This document shows, one piece after another, positions 14,762 through 42,200 of a stretch of DNA of 64,000 nucleotides. Position 1 is the first letter of the stretch. Each line of letters starts with the position of its first letter. The notes below the pieces were generated by a model. That model was not told the origin of the DNA and made no database searches. It was given only the letters and a program-made list of their open reading frames with translations. The position numbers and the translations under genes were made by a program. The DNA is taken from positions 6,386,001-6,450,000 of the forward strand of contig NC_081333.1 of the NCBI RefSeq assembly GCF_022539665.2, given 5' to 3'. The stretch is from Daphnia carinata (lineage: Eukaryota).

Positions 14762-16020
14762 TGTCCTGTTTCTTTTTATTGTATATCATTGTTTACTTTT
14801 AAAAACAACAAAAACAATAATTTTCTCAAAATTTGCGCCAGAAAGACAATTCCTCGTTGGACGAAAAGAAGAAAAAAAAGAAAGGAAAAGATATATATCC
14901 TGGCAACAAATGCCTGTAAAAACTTACTTAGATTTTTTTTTTGGAGACATGCCAAATGTAGGAAATTTCAAATTGACACTTGTTTGCAGAAGAAAAAATT
15001 CTGAACTGACGGTAACAATACAACGACACGAAATAAGCTGCATCAGACGACGCACTGTGAGGACCAGAAGATTCTAATTTTTAAGTTATAGTAGACCTAT
15101 CTGCTGACAGAAATAGTAGTCATATTTTTGGCTCCTAGATGGCGCCACATATTAGAAGTATCGGGATCGCAAGTCAAAATTTATGATCCGATACCGGTAT
15201 CAATACTTTTAAACAAGAAATATCGCGGTACCGGTACCGGTGGTATCGCGATACTGCGATACTATCGCGATATTTCTTATTATCGCGATAGTCCAACCCT
15301 GGTAAAGTGTTACCAACCCGTTCCTCTAATTTTTTTTTTTTCAGTATTAGCGCATCTCACAAGGGTGAATACGCCCACTTAAAAATACATATGTGGTTGG
15401 ATCTCTGCGCTTCTAATAGTTTAAAAACAAATCCCATTGTATACCATTTTTAAAAAATGAAATTTTGGCAAGACCACGGCTTTTCCAACACCGTTGCGGC
15501 ATATGACTAGGGATTCCTGGAACAAAAATTCCAGCACCATCGTTGGATCCGATACCATGCCGTAAAACTGCCTCGTCCGTATCCTTATGCGTACCAGTAA
15601 ACCTTTGAAGAGGACCTTATGGACACGATAGAGAATGTATTAGAAATTTTTTGAATAAATGAAAACAAACAAAAAATTACCGTCTTAACATTGAATTTTG
15701 ACTTTTGGATCCAAATAAAATAAAATGGTTTTAGCTTTCGCTTCATCCAAGGATTTCTGGATTTAGTTATCGCCAAGTTGTTACGACGGAAATTACAGAA
15801 CATTTCACTCTGTAACACTTAGACGTCATTCTTCCCAGATCCAGTCTCACGACAACACATGCGATAGCATCCCTTCCCAATATACGGTGAATCTTCGCTC
15901 AACTTCCTGGACAGGGGATACAAATAGAGTAGTCAGTTTAGAGCGTATATACGTATGACGAGTTTGTCCTTTTCTGTGGATGACTAGATGAGAGGATTCT
16001 CTATGACTCCACCACCCGAC

Positions 16021-16824
16021 TCAAAAAACGAATTTCTGCCTTTCGCTTGTGGGTTGCCTTTCCGTTGGCTCTTCCACTAATTTCACAGGTAGCTGGAACT
16101 CCATGTTGATAAATACAGAATTAAAATCAATGGAAATTTGTGAGAACCATCGGGTACCAATAACTGCTTCAATGCGATCGTCATTTGCAACAAGTAATGG
16201 AAGCATTGCCATTTTACCCATGTACTCTACCTTGACCTTACATTCTCCCGTCAGTTCCACTGTGTTATTTGAAGTGTCGCGCATTACTCGCGTCGTCGGA
16301 GCCAAAGCAGGGCTACCTAATTTTTCCCTAACGGATTGCTGGACGATGGATGAAGTTGTCCCGGTATCCAACATCATGCCCAGCTCGATGTTCTGTATTT
16401 TCACGTTGAGATGGAATGGCTTAGTTCTATGCGTCATGGCAGATGCTTTCAACTTGTTCTTTGTGCCGATGGGAACGTTCGATCGAATAGTTATGGTTTC
16501 AAGTTTAAAAAACATATTCCAGTCGATATCCATTAAAGTTGGAAACCACCTCCGTCCAATCAGGTTCCGCGTATGTTCATTTTCGGACACTAGAAGTGAA
16601 AGAATGTGTTCTCTTCCAGCCAAATGCACTTTCGCGTTAAAGCCACCTTTTACACCAACCTCTGCTCCTGTGGTCGATCGTTTGATGGTGTTGATCTTAG
16701 TTAACGAAGGCTCACCGAGCTCTTTCCAGCTCCGCTCATTGATGATCGAGTCGTGACAGCCAGAATCTACTTTCATAATTAAATTATAACCATTGATTTC
16801 TAAATCGAGAATATATTTCTTACC
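16021..16824 (-). CDS. Protein with two tandem retropepsin-like (Ty3/Gypsy-type) aspartic protease domains; N-terminus unresolved, probably spliced
   Basis: ORF 16776-16021 has KVDSGCHDSII...LIGRRW...IDWN and MLDTGTTSSIV...VIGTRW...IDFN, exactly 133 aa apart. The frame extends upstream (GKKYILDLEINGYNLI) to an acceptor ...TTTTACCACCAG at 16825. A candidate 74-nt GT-AG intron spans 16898-16825. Confidence 0.75.
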   Translation of the reverse strand, partial: GKKYILDLEINGYNLIMKVDSGCHDSIINERSWKELGEPSLTKINTIKRSTTGAEVGVKGGFNAKVHLAGREHILSLLVSENEHTRNLIGRRWFPTLMDIDWNMFFKLETITIRSNVPIGTKNKLKASAMTHRTKPFHLNVKIQNIELGMMLDTGTTSSIVQQSVREKLGSPALAPTTRVMRDTSNNTVELTGECKVKVEYMGKMAMLPLLVANDDRIEAVIGTRWFSQISIDFNSVFINMEFQLPVKLVEEPTERQPTSERQKFVF

Positions 16825-17858
16825 CTGGTGGTAAAAGGTTATATTTAATTATTTTGAAAAGACTAAACATCATTTCTTGCGGTCTGTTATAAGGACACCT
16901 GCCCTTTAAGTGATTTCCGGTGAGCATCACTTCCAGCTTTCCTGTTTGTTATTTCCACATCAGGGTTTGTATATATGCCGTTATGGTTAATTTTCAATCA
17001 TTCTTGACTATTTCGCACAATGTTCAAGAGTTAATTTAACATTTTTTCAATTGTAACATTAAAAAATGATTGAATAATTACCACCGCTTCACACATTTTC
17101 TTTTGAAGAATTGTGTATTAGACCTAAACAAAAATGCAGTATAATGTAATTACAATGCAATGCGATAAATAATTTTTTAGAATTTTATTAAGTTAATGTC
17201 AGAGTACATTATGGCAGCAAAAGCGATGACAATATACAGAAACAATCCCCACAATATGACAGTGGGAAATAGTGCTGGCGCATGCCGTCCGTAATCCGTA
17301 TCTCTCACCACAGTGTTTTTTTATTCTAAGCTTTTTAATCACGCCTTTTTTTATTATTGCTAATTGATTATGCTTTTCTGAAAGGAGAAACAAATTGCGA
17401 TAAAGTTCATTTTTTGCTTTTCCGTTTAATTATCTGTTATTCCATGAAAATAAGCATCTTTAGTTCGGACTGGCATTGATGTGATTCCGATGGAAATAAC
17501 AAGGTATATAAGACTTGATCGGGACAGACATACCTTGAGGAGTGTCAGCGATGGATGGTCTAGCGAAAAATGGTTACTTTACTAGAAGCAGGCGAAAGGC
17601 TGGAGAAAATCGATAAATCTATCGTGTTGGATCATAATATGTGATCTGTTAAGATGCGGTAGGTTCGACGCCAATCGTCCCCGTCGCGGCCGCTTGGCCA
17701 TTCCATGGTGACATGGCTTGGCAAAAAGTTCAAGTTAGATAGGTGGAGTTAAAAATAAGCCGAACAGACATTGCTCGCATTCCTCACTTTTGTAATTTTT
17801 GACTGGCCGTTTCGCTAATGCTATTTAGATTTAATATTGTTGCTTTATAGAGTAGAGA

Positions 17859-20834
17859 CTAGTAACTTTGGGCCCGTCCAGGGCCGGGGAATAGGTGGCG
17901 CTAGCGTATTTTAACGCTATTTTTTGAGAAAATCGACCCACGCCTATTTTTCGCCCGTCTACTCTTAATTCTTTTTACAAATCAAGATTTCCCCTTTCTT
18001 GCCCGCCGATCCACTCCCTGTTTTTCCCCGTCCATCCCCTAACTTTCTCTGCCCGCCAAGAAACCAGCTGAAGTTGCCCGTCGACCCATTCTCTGCCCGT
18101 CAACCCACCCTCCCGACAACACACTCTCTGCCCGTCAACCCAACTCTCTGCCCACCAAAACGCCTGCTGTAGGGGCCCATCTACGTTTTTTTCATTTGCC
18201 CGTCCTTTTGTCACAGTCTCCTTCCGTCAAAACGCCCGCTATAGTTGCCCGTCCACCCTCTTTTTGCTTCGGTCCGTCTTTCCTCGTAGAGTCTCTGCCC
18301 GTCAACCCCTTTTGCCCGCCAAAAAATACGCTGTTGTTGCCCGTCGACCCTCTCACTGCCCGTCGGCCCACTCTCGTCCAGTCGACCCACTCTCGACCCG
18401 TCGGCCCTTCACTGCCCGTCAGCCCCCTTTCTGCCCGTCAGCCCCTTTTCTGCCCGTCGACCCACTCGCTGCCCGTCGGCCCCCTCACTGCCCATCAGCT
18501 CCCTCACTGCCCGTTGGCCCCCTCTCTTCCAATCGCCCACTCGCGTGGGCCCCTTCTCTGCCCGTCGAATCACTCGCTGCCCGTGGGCCCCTTCTCTGCC
18601 CGTCGACTCACTCGCTGCCCGTTGGCCCACTCGCTGTTGCTTTGCCCAACAAAGCTATTTTTAAGACAATCGATCCACATTTATTGTTTTTCCCGTCTAC
18701 TATTAATTCCTATTACAAATTAGTTAAGAGTTTAGTTTAGAGTTTCCCTTTCTTGCCCGCCGACCCAATCCCTGTTTCTGCCCGTCCATCACCTGACTTT
18801 TCTGCCGGTCAAGAACCCAGCTAAAGTTACCCGTCGACTCCCTCTATGCCCGTCAAACCACTCTTTGCCCGTCGACCCCCTATCTGCCCGTCAACCCACA
18901 TTGTGCCCGTCAACTCACATTGTGTCCGCAAAAATGCCTGCTGGGGGACATCTACCTTTTTTTTTTGCCTTTGCCCACCCTTTCGTCACAGTCTCGGCCC
19001 GTCAAAACCCCCGCTTTAGTTGTCCAACCACTCATTTTTTGCTTCTGCCCGCTAAGAAGCCCGCTGTTATTGCCGGTCGACCCACTCGCTGCCCGACTCC
19101 CCCTCCCTGCCCGTCGACCCACGCGCTGCCCGTCGACCCACGCGCTGCCCGTCGACCCACTCGCTGCCCGTCGACCCACTCGCTGCCCGTCGACCCTCTC
19201 ACTGCCCGTCGACCATCTCACTGCCTGTCGGCCCGCTAACTGCCCGTCGACCCACTCGCTGCCCGTCGACCCCTTCTCTGCTCGTCGACCCCTTCGCTGC
19301 CCGACGACCCACTCACTGCCCGTCGACCCACTCGCTTCCCATTGACCCACTCGCAGCCCGTCAAAACGACCGATATACAATAGTTGCCCATTGACCTTTT
19401 CATTTGCTTTTGCCCGTCTTTCCTTCAAAGTCTCAGCCCAGAAAACGCCCGCTGTAGTTGCCCGTCCACCCACTTTTTTCCGTTTGCCCGTCTTTTTTGA
19501 ATATTCTCTGCCCGTCAACTCCCTTTGCCCATACAAAAAACGCTGTAGTTCCCCGTCTTCCACCGTACAGTCTCTGCCCATCGGCTGAAAGCCCGTGGAC
19601 TGAAAAGCCCGTAGACTAAAAAGCCCGTAGACTAAAAAATTGCCTAAATCCGCAAATCCACCTGCAGTTTACTTTTCCAAGTCCTCATCCCACCAATTCA
19701 CTGTAGCAGACGGCGGTTTTGGCGCTAGCCAACCACAGCATCCCAAAAATTCACTACAGCCGGCAGCGGTGTCCAGCCAATCAAAACAAATGCACAGCGT
19801 GACGGACACAGGCTCCTTCTCTTTTCCTTGTTTTTGTTTGTCAACCCATTCTCTGTCCGTTAACCCACTCTCTGTCCGTTAACCCACTCTCTGCCCGTTA
19901 ACCCATTCTCTGCCCGTCAACCCACTATCTGCCCGCCAAAACGTCTGCTTTAGAGGCACATCTACATTTTTTCCATTTGCCCGTCCTTTTGTCCAGTCGC
20001 CGCCCGTCAAACGCCCGCTATAATTGCCTTTTCACCCACTTTTTGCCTCTGCCCGTCGACCCACTTGCTGTGCGTTAACCCACTCGCTGCCCGTCGGCCC
20101 ACTCACAGCCCGCTAAAACGACCGCTATAGTGGCCCATTGACCATTTCATTTGCTTTTGCCCGTCTTTCCCTCACAGTCTCAGCCCAGAAAACGCCCGCT
20201 GTAGTTGCCGTCCATCCATTTTTTCCCTCTGCCCCTCTTTTCTCGAATAGTCACTGCCCGTCAACCCCCTTTGCCCACCAAAACCCCGCTGTAGTTGCGC
20301 GTCTTCCACTGTACAGTTACCTATTGTAGCGCCCACTCGTTTTAAGCCAAGCCCGTAGACTAAAAAATTTCATTTATCCGACCTATTGTACAGTCTCTGC
20401 CCCTCAAAAGGCCCGTTTAGTTGCCTGTCCACTCACTTTTTGCCTCTGCCCGTCAACCCACTTTGCTCGCCAATAACTCGCCGTTGTTGCCCAATGACCC
20501 TCCTCTCTGCCCGCCAAAACGCTTGCCGTAGTGGCCAATAAAAATAATAAATAAAACTAATAAAATTAAATTAATTAAAAATTAATTAGAATGATAATAA
20601 TAAAATGCCCTGCCCGTCAGCTTACGTGCCGTTGCCCACCCGTTTTAAGCCAAGCCCGTAGACCGGAAAATTGTCTAATTCCGCAATTACACCCCACAGT
20701 TTAGTCTTCCAAATGCCCATCCCACCAATTCACTCTAGCAGACGGCGGATTTGACGCCAGCCAATCATAACAAATGCGCAATGTGACGGACACAGGCTCC
20801 TCCTCTTTTCCTTGTTTTTTTTATATAGTATAGA
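17859..20834 (-). mobile_element. Non-autonomous Helitron, family 1 copy B (composite, internally duplicated)
   Basis: Minus-strand 5' TCTATACTATATAAAAAAAA, 3' hairpin GGCCC-TGGAC-GGGCC followed by CTAG, A|T target (A17858/T20835). Second internal set of subterminal sequences at about 18655 and 19800-19835. The many Pro/Arg-rich ORFs here are repeat artefacts. Confidence 0.87.
19075..19340. repeat. 19-bp GC-rich minisatellite (TGCCCGTCGACCCACTCGC) inside the Helitron
   Basis: Near-perfect consecutive units from about 19108. Degenerate versions at 13900-14220, 18290-18630, 19840-20120 and 47860-48500. Confidence 0.9.
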
Positions 20835-20988
20835 TTTTCGATGCAGTAGCAGTTGTAAGCGCAAGATGACGCAGTTGTAGCCCCTTTTTTTTGCTCTTGT
20901 TCTCAATAGCTGACGAGGCTATTATTGAAGGTATCCAAGTTTATAGGATCTTGGCCGTGGATATTTTCACAGCTAATTGGCTAAACAA

Positions 20989-22197
<1,209 letters not shown>

Positions 22198-22253
22198 TGA
22201 AAATGATTTATTGCGTTTCATTTGACAAGAGTGGCTTTAGTAGGTGTACAAAT

Positions 22254-22259
22254 AATAAA
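22254..22259 (+). terminator. Putative polyadenylation signal of NDUFS3
   Basis: AATAAA 56 nt downstream of the NDUFS3 stop codon. Confidence 0.55.
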
Positions 22260-22300
22260 TACAGTAACAACCTGTAAGAGAAGCATTACAATTCGGTTTA

Positions 22301-23064
22301 TTAACCGGGCGAAATCTTGAAGCCGCTGAGTAGAAGGTTGTCTCGATTTCGGCTCTAAAGGAAACAAGACGCCGTACAGATTGTTTTTTATGTACTTTAT
22401 AATTCAACCATTTACCGTTTTAAAATCAACCATCATTGTTTTGAACGAACAGAAATCAATGCATTCACGCAGCATGTCGAACACTTCTCCATCAAGAACT
22501 GGCTGATGACTGAACATAATTTTAGGACATGGAAGCGACACCCATAAAGAAATTAATTACCTCAATTCTCTACAGAATTCTTTCATAGAAAAATCTGGAA
22601 TGCTTTGCTTCAATTTTTGCTCAAGATATGTTTCAGCCAGCTGAGCCTACAGAATCCATAGACTTGTGTTTTAGTAACTAGCACTGTCCTGATAGCTGAC
22701 ATGATTACCTACATAATCTTGAAATATGCTGGTATAGATTAGCTTATTCTCTTCTTTATCATCGAACATTATACAGTGTTTGGCTATGAAGTTGTGCTGA
22801 ATTTTCAAGAATTCTTCGCCTAAGGTAGAAAGAGAAAAAAAAATGGAAAACAAAATCCAATAATTAAAATTAAAATGACATGACACAATTATGTATTGCA
22901 ATTTTGGCAGTTCTACATGTGATTCTTTATAAAACTGAAATTAGTTTCACCCTATTGACCTATGACTTACTTATTATTATTTCCTCAATACAGCCGATGC
23001 ATCGATCAAATTTCACAAATTTAGGGTCTGCTGATTCAATATCTTCGTGACTAGATGTATCCAT
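22301..23064 (-). CDS. ARL2BP: ADP-ribosylation factor-like protein 2-binding protein (BART), 5 exons
   Basis: Exons 23064-22971, 22819-22713, 22646-22561, 22509-22416, 22354-22301. Translation includes KFDRCIGCIEEIIISEEFLKIQHNF...EENKLIYTSIFQDY...YLEQKLKQSIPDFSM...GEVFDML...DFCSFKTMMVDFK, matching the BART-domain pattern (EENKLIYT, GDIFDMLL, DFLAFKEMFLDY). Confidence 0.9.
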
Positions 23065-24159
23065 TGAGGTAAGGAACACAACCGACTAAACAATGATTTT
23101 GCATAAAAAAATTTAGAACGTATCTTAATGTCACTCCTACAAAAGAATTAATTGACAAGAACAGTGTTGTGTAAATTTCTTCAATCATTCACATTAATTA
23201 GGTAAAATGATTCAATCATCAGGATTATTTAGCCGACAACCTGAGCTATAAAACACATTCACAACACAAACTTCTACCATGAAGTATATATACCATGAGT
23301 AGTAACAGGGCATCCTTTGTACGGAAGAGCTTGAGCTCCACTTATAAAGCTCCACAGATGGCGTTGCGGCACTTAAATAAATCGCCAGTATGTGCTCCGG
23401 TTTTTGAGGGACAGAGTCTTTTGTGCTAGTTGCCTAAAGGACTCCAGGTTTTCCGACACTTCGACTCTTAATATAGCATAACACATTACCATAGTATATT
23501 GTATAACTATAATATAGTATACATAATAGATCTACGTTCATTGAAATAAATCCGAAGTAAAAGCTGGCAAATTTTCTTTGACGTCATTTCGTTCGTTCGT
23601 TGATAGGTGGCATGTGCTTGAGTTCGAGCCTCATAGTCAGACAAAATAATGTACTAATGTAGGGTCAGTAGAATTCAGGTATAACGAAAAGATTGTTTTT
23701 CATGACGACTCCCTAACTGCGTTGGCAAGTTTGGTGTTGATACTGTGGTCCAAGAACGATAAATTTTTGAAAACTTATTGGAATAATGTCTTTGGTTTAA
23801 TATTTTTCGAGGGCATAGTTTATAAAGCGATAAGTTCAAAGAAACAAGAATAATCAGAGATGTGCTGAGTACCGCGCATTATGAACGGAACTCATTCGTT
23901 TATGGTCCATTCGTAAGTCAACAGTACATGGAATTGGGTAACTAGTTATTTTTCCGACAACCCAACTAGTGCTGGCATTTCTTTGGTATGGAAAAACTTG
24001 GTTTTGTGAACATTAAAACATTCAATATTCTCTAAAGTATAATAGAAATTCAAAATGGAAGTTCCTGCTTAAGAATCTGTAAACATATTGCACGTGTTAT
24101 CTATAATTATAGGTAAAATTGCTGAAAGCTGTTTCTTTTTATTTGTATAACGTGCTTCG

Positions 24160-39267
<15,108 letters not shown>

Positions 39268-42200
39268 TTATGTCCACGATAAACGAATAGTCTTTCAGCA
39301 CAACTTCGCCGTTTCACCTGAAAGTCGCAAAAATGGGAGATGTAGTCATGTTTTTGTCAATCAAAATGCATTTTCATTTTCCACTGACACTTGCTCATAG
39401 CTGCTCGTAATCTACATTAACCACCAATAAGAATAGGTCTAAGCAATAACATAACTTTAAAACTATTACGAATCAGCAAATATAGAGTTGAAATTTTTCG
39501 TTCGAAACCATTTAAATGTGTGTATGTATAAAATGTAGGAACGCCCTTTGAAGATAAGCGGATTTCTTTGGATTACGGTGTCCCCAAATAATCGGTTGGT
39601 GTGCAAAATAGCTGTGCAGCAGCCAAGCAATGGATAACAAAGGTGATTTATACAATATTTCAAGAAGCTTACATTTTCTTTTACCATTAAAACTCCATGT
39701 ATCTCTTTGAAGACTAACATACACATACAGCACTAATGTTACACTACCAAGCATGGGATAATATATGCTGGAATATGAACAAAAAAGATATGCATTCCAC
39801 AGGAAGGGAAAATATGAACTGAAATCTTGCACGATCTGCCTCCCGTTAAGGTTCAAAGTCAATGTCCTGCTCGATCAGATGCACGTCTCACCAAAAGTCG
39901 TAACAACAGGGACAATTAAAACAAAAAACGAGTTGACATACTGTATGTAGTTTCATTGTTTCCTTATTAGTTAATTCCCCTAATAGTGACTAGTACTATA
40001 AGTTGTCCTGCCAATAGTATTATGCTAGGTATTTTTTATTTTTTATTTTTTTTTGTCCAAATCTGCATTGTTTCCTTTGCTTCCCTTTTATGGAGGAAAT
40101 TCTCATTCCCCCTGTTTTCCAAGTAGCTCTTAATTCTACAGCTTTCCGTTCTGTTTCAGTTCCAAATAGAGAAGCCTGTTTCGGCTAGGCAGTTGTCTCT
40201 CTCTCAGGCATGATTTTGCAAGATTGCCCCAATAAAAAGAACGGTATGCAATAAAGGTGTTCAGAAAGTCTTGAATTTTTCAGCAGCTATGATAGAATCA
40301 GGTAAACGGTGGTATAGCTACCTATGGATCATGAAAACTATAATGTTGCTTGTATGCCATAACGTAGAATTAGCGTTCATTTTTTTCCAAGCACAAAATA
40401 GAATAAGCTCTAATATTAGCGTGTCCATTAACGACACCGGAGCTTGAAACCATGGAGAGCATACTTACTTTATGAATGATTCCAATACTTGCCGAACTGA
40501 TTAAAAACGACACTATTCCTTTGAAATGATAAATTTAACAACACTTCACTGGGCTTCGGTAATGCGTTTGTCGCACAAGGACGATAATTCACCAGAAGAT
40601 GTCTGAACGATGTGAATGAACCATAAGTCAATGCAAAACAGGTTGTTGTGATGAAAATGAGAGAATACTGTTTCTCGTCACAGTTGCAACGCCACTGAAA
40701 GCCTTACCACATTCCCCGTGCCCAAAAGGCACGAAAGAAAAGCTCCGGTAGCAAACATGTCTGTAGTGTGTCGGTGTCTTCGGGATTCGGCTAAGGGCTG
40801 TACTTCTGTAGGAGGGGCTAGCGCGCGTCGTCGCCAGCCAATCAAACCGCGTTCCGTTCAAAGTGAAATAACTTACCATAAAGCACATCCAATCGAGACC
40901 GTTCTCGTTCAGTTCTTCGCTCAAGTGTGGCGTTCCCTTTTTTATATCTTCCGCTCGCACGAATTCAATGAGACTAACTGGACCTCCCTTCACTTTGGCT
41001 AGAATTGAGTTCACAGTAACTTTACGTGAAAAAATTGGGCTTTCCTTGGAAATGCAGAAATAATGATTTCCTATCGCCTTTTTTATTTCAGTATGACCAG
41101 TGACATTCCATGATAGGATCCTTGCCTTCTAGCGTGCGTAACTACTGGCTCTGAAGCAATGAATGCAGGTGGCCAACATAAATTGATTTCATTGCTGTAG
41201 GTATAGGTGCCAACTGTACGTTGGTAAATAGACGCCAAACATGTTGATTACTAGTGTACGTAATAAGATCTAAGTCGAAAAAGAGACCGTAAATAAAAAA
41301 AAACGATTGAAGCATGAATAATGAATGTGATCCTGATGACCACCCACCATCAAGGCGACATTAAGATTGTTATTTTTATTTTTTTTTCCCTTCTCCGACA
41401 ACACAGAATGCGCTATCAAGTATGTGTATCAAAAGGGAAAGGTGGGCTGTGGAGAAGCGTACCAGTAAAGGTGGCCATATCAAGTATTATTGGGGGAAAC
41501 GCTTACACCCGTGTGAACAAGGAGACCACCCCACCCTTCGTTATATTGTATTTCACTACACAGCCTTCCTCGCGATACGATATTCGTTCTGTCTTTTTTC
41601 TTTTTTTTTAACTTTATCTCTTTTTTTTTCATATTTCAAAAAATTTTAGGCAGTTGGTCTGTGATTAAATTACTATGATACTTCATTGAATTACGATCAG
41701 CGTTTCGTCTATATGGTACTGCGCCTTAGTTGTAATATCACGGTATTCAAAAATAATCGGGATTGACATTCAATCTTGCGATAACATATAAGCACATAAG
41801 ACAATAAATTTGAAACAAAATTACTTTGAAACTTGTACCAAACTTGTCTGAACTTCAGTTCGTTGCCAAACTCTTCTTCTACTAACCTTTTGTTTGATTA
41901 ATATGCTTCTCGATTTTCTGACATAATAACAGAGATTGTAATTTGTTGTTGTAATCAAACAGCAAATAAGTTTTTTTTTCTCGCTATATTCGCTACATTT
42001 CTACTGCTTGCAGTAAGCTATTAACATGAAGCAGTGCTAGCACAAGAAAACAGGCAAAAGTATTTAATTATTATTATTTTATTTATATTTTTTAAGGGGA
42101 GATTTTCTAGAGGAAATCCCCAAAATTGCAGTTAGTCTTCGAATGAAACACCTTATGTTATTGGCCATCAAACCGAGTTTTCTCCTACAGTTACCGAGAT

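Larger units (their letters stand above)
12750..15301. mobile_element. Non-autonomous hAT-superfamily DNA transposon carrying nested insertions
   Basis: Terminal inverted repeats CAGGGTTGGA (12750-12759) and TCCAACCCTG (15292-15301). Perfect 8-bp target-site duplication GTAAAGTG (12742-12749 and 15302-15309). Subterminal clusters of GCGATACT/AGTATCG/GGTACCG at both ends. No transposase ORF inside. Confidence 0.9.

Noticed and set aside
16049..16756. 235-aa plus-strand ORF
   Set aside because: Antisense shadow of the twin-protease ORF with no recognisable motifs.
19075..19340. Regular short repeats superficially like a CRISPR array (also 54151-54230)
   Set aside because: Units are contiguous with no unique spacers, no cas genes are present, and the context is eukaryotic.
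13535..20329. Numerous Pro/Arg/Ser-rich ORFs of 60-209 aa on both strands
   Set aside because: They are translations of the GC-rich Helitron minisatellite and show no protein-family signal.
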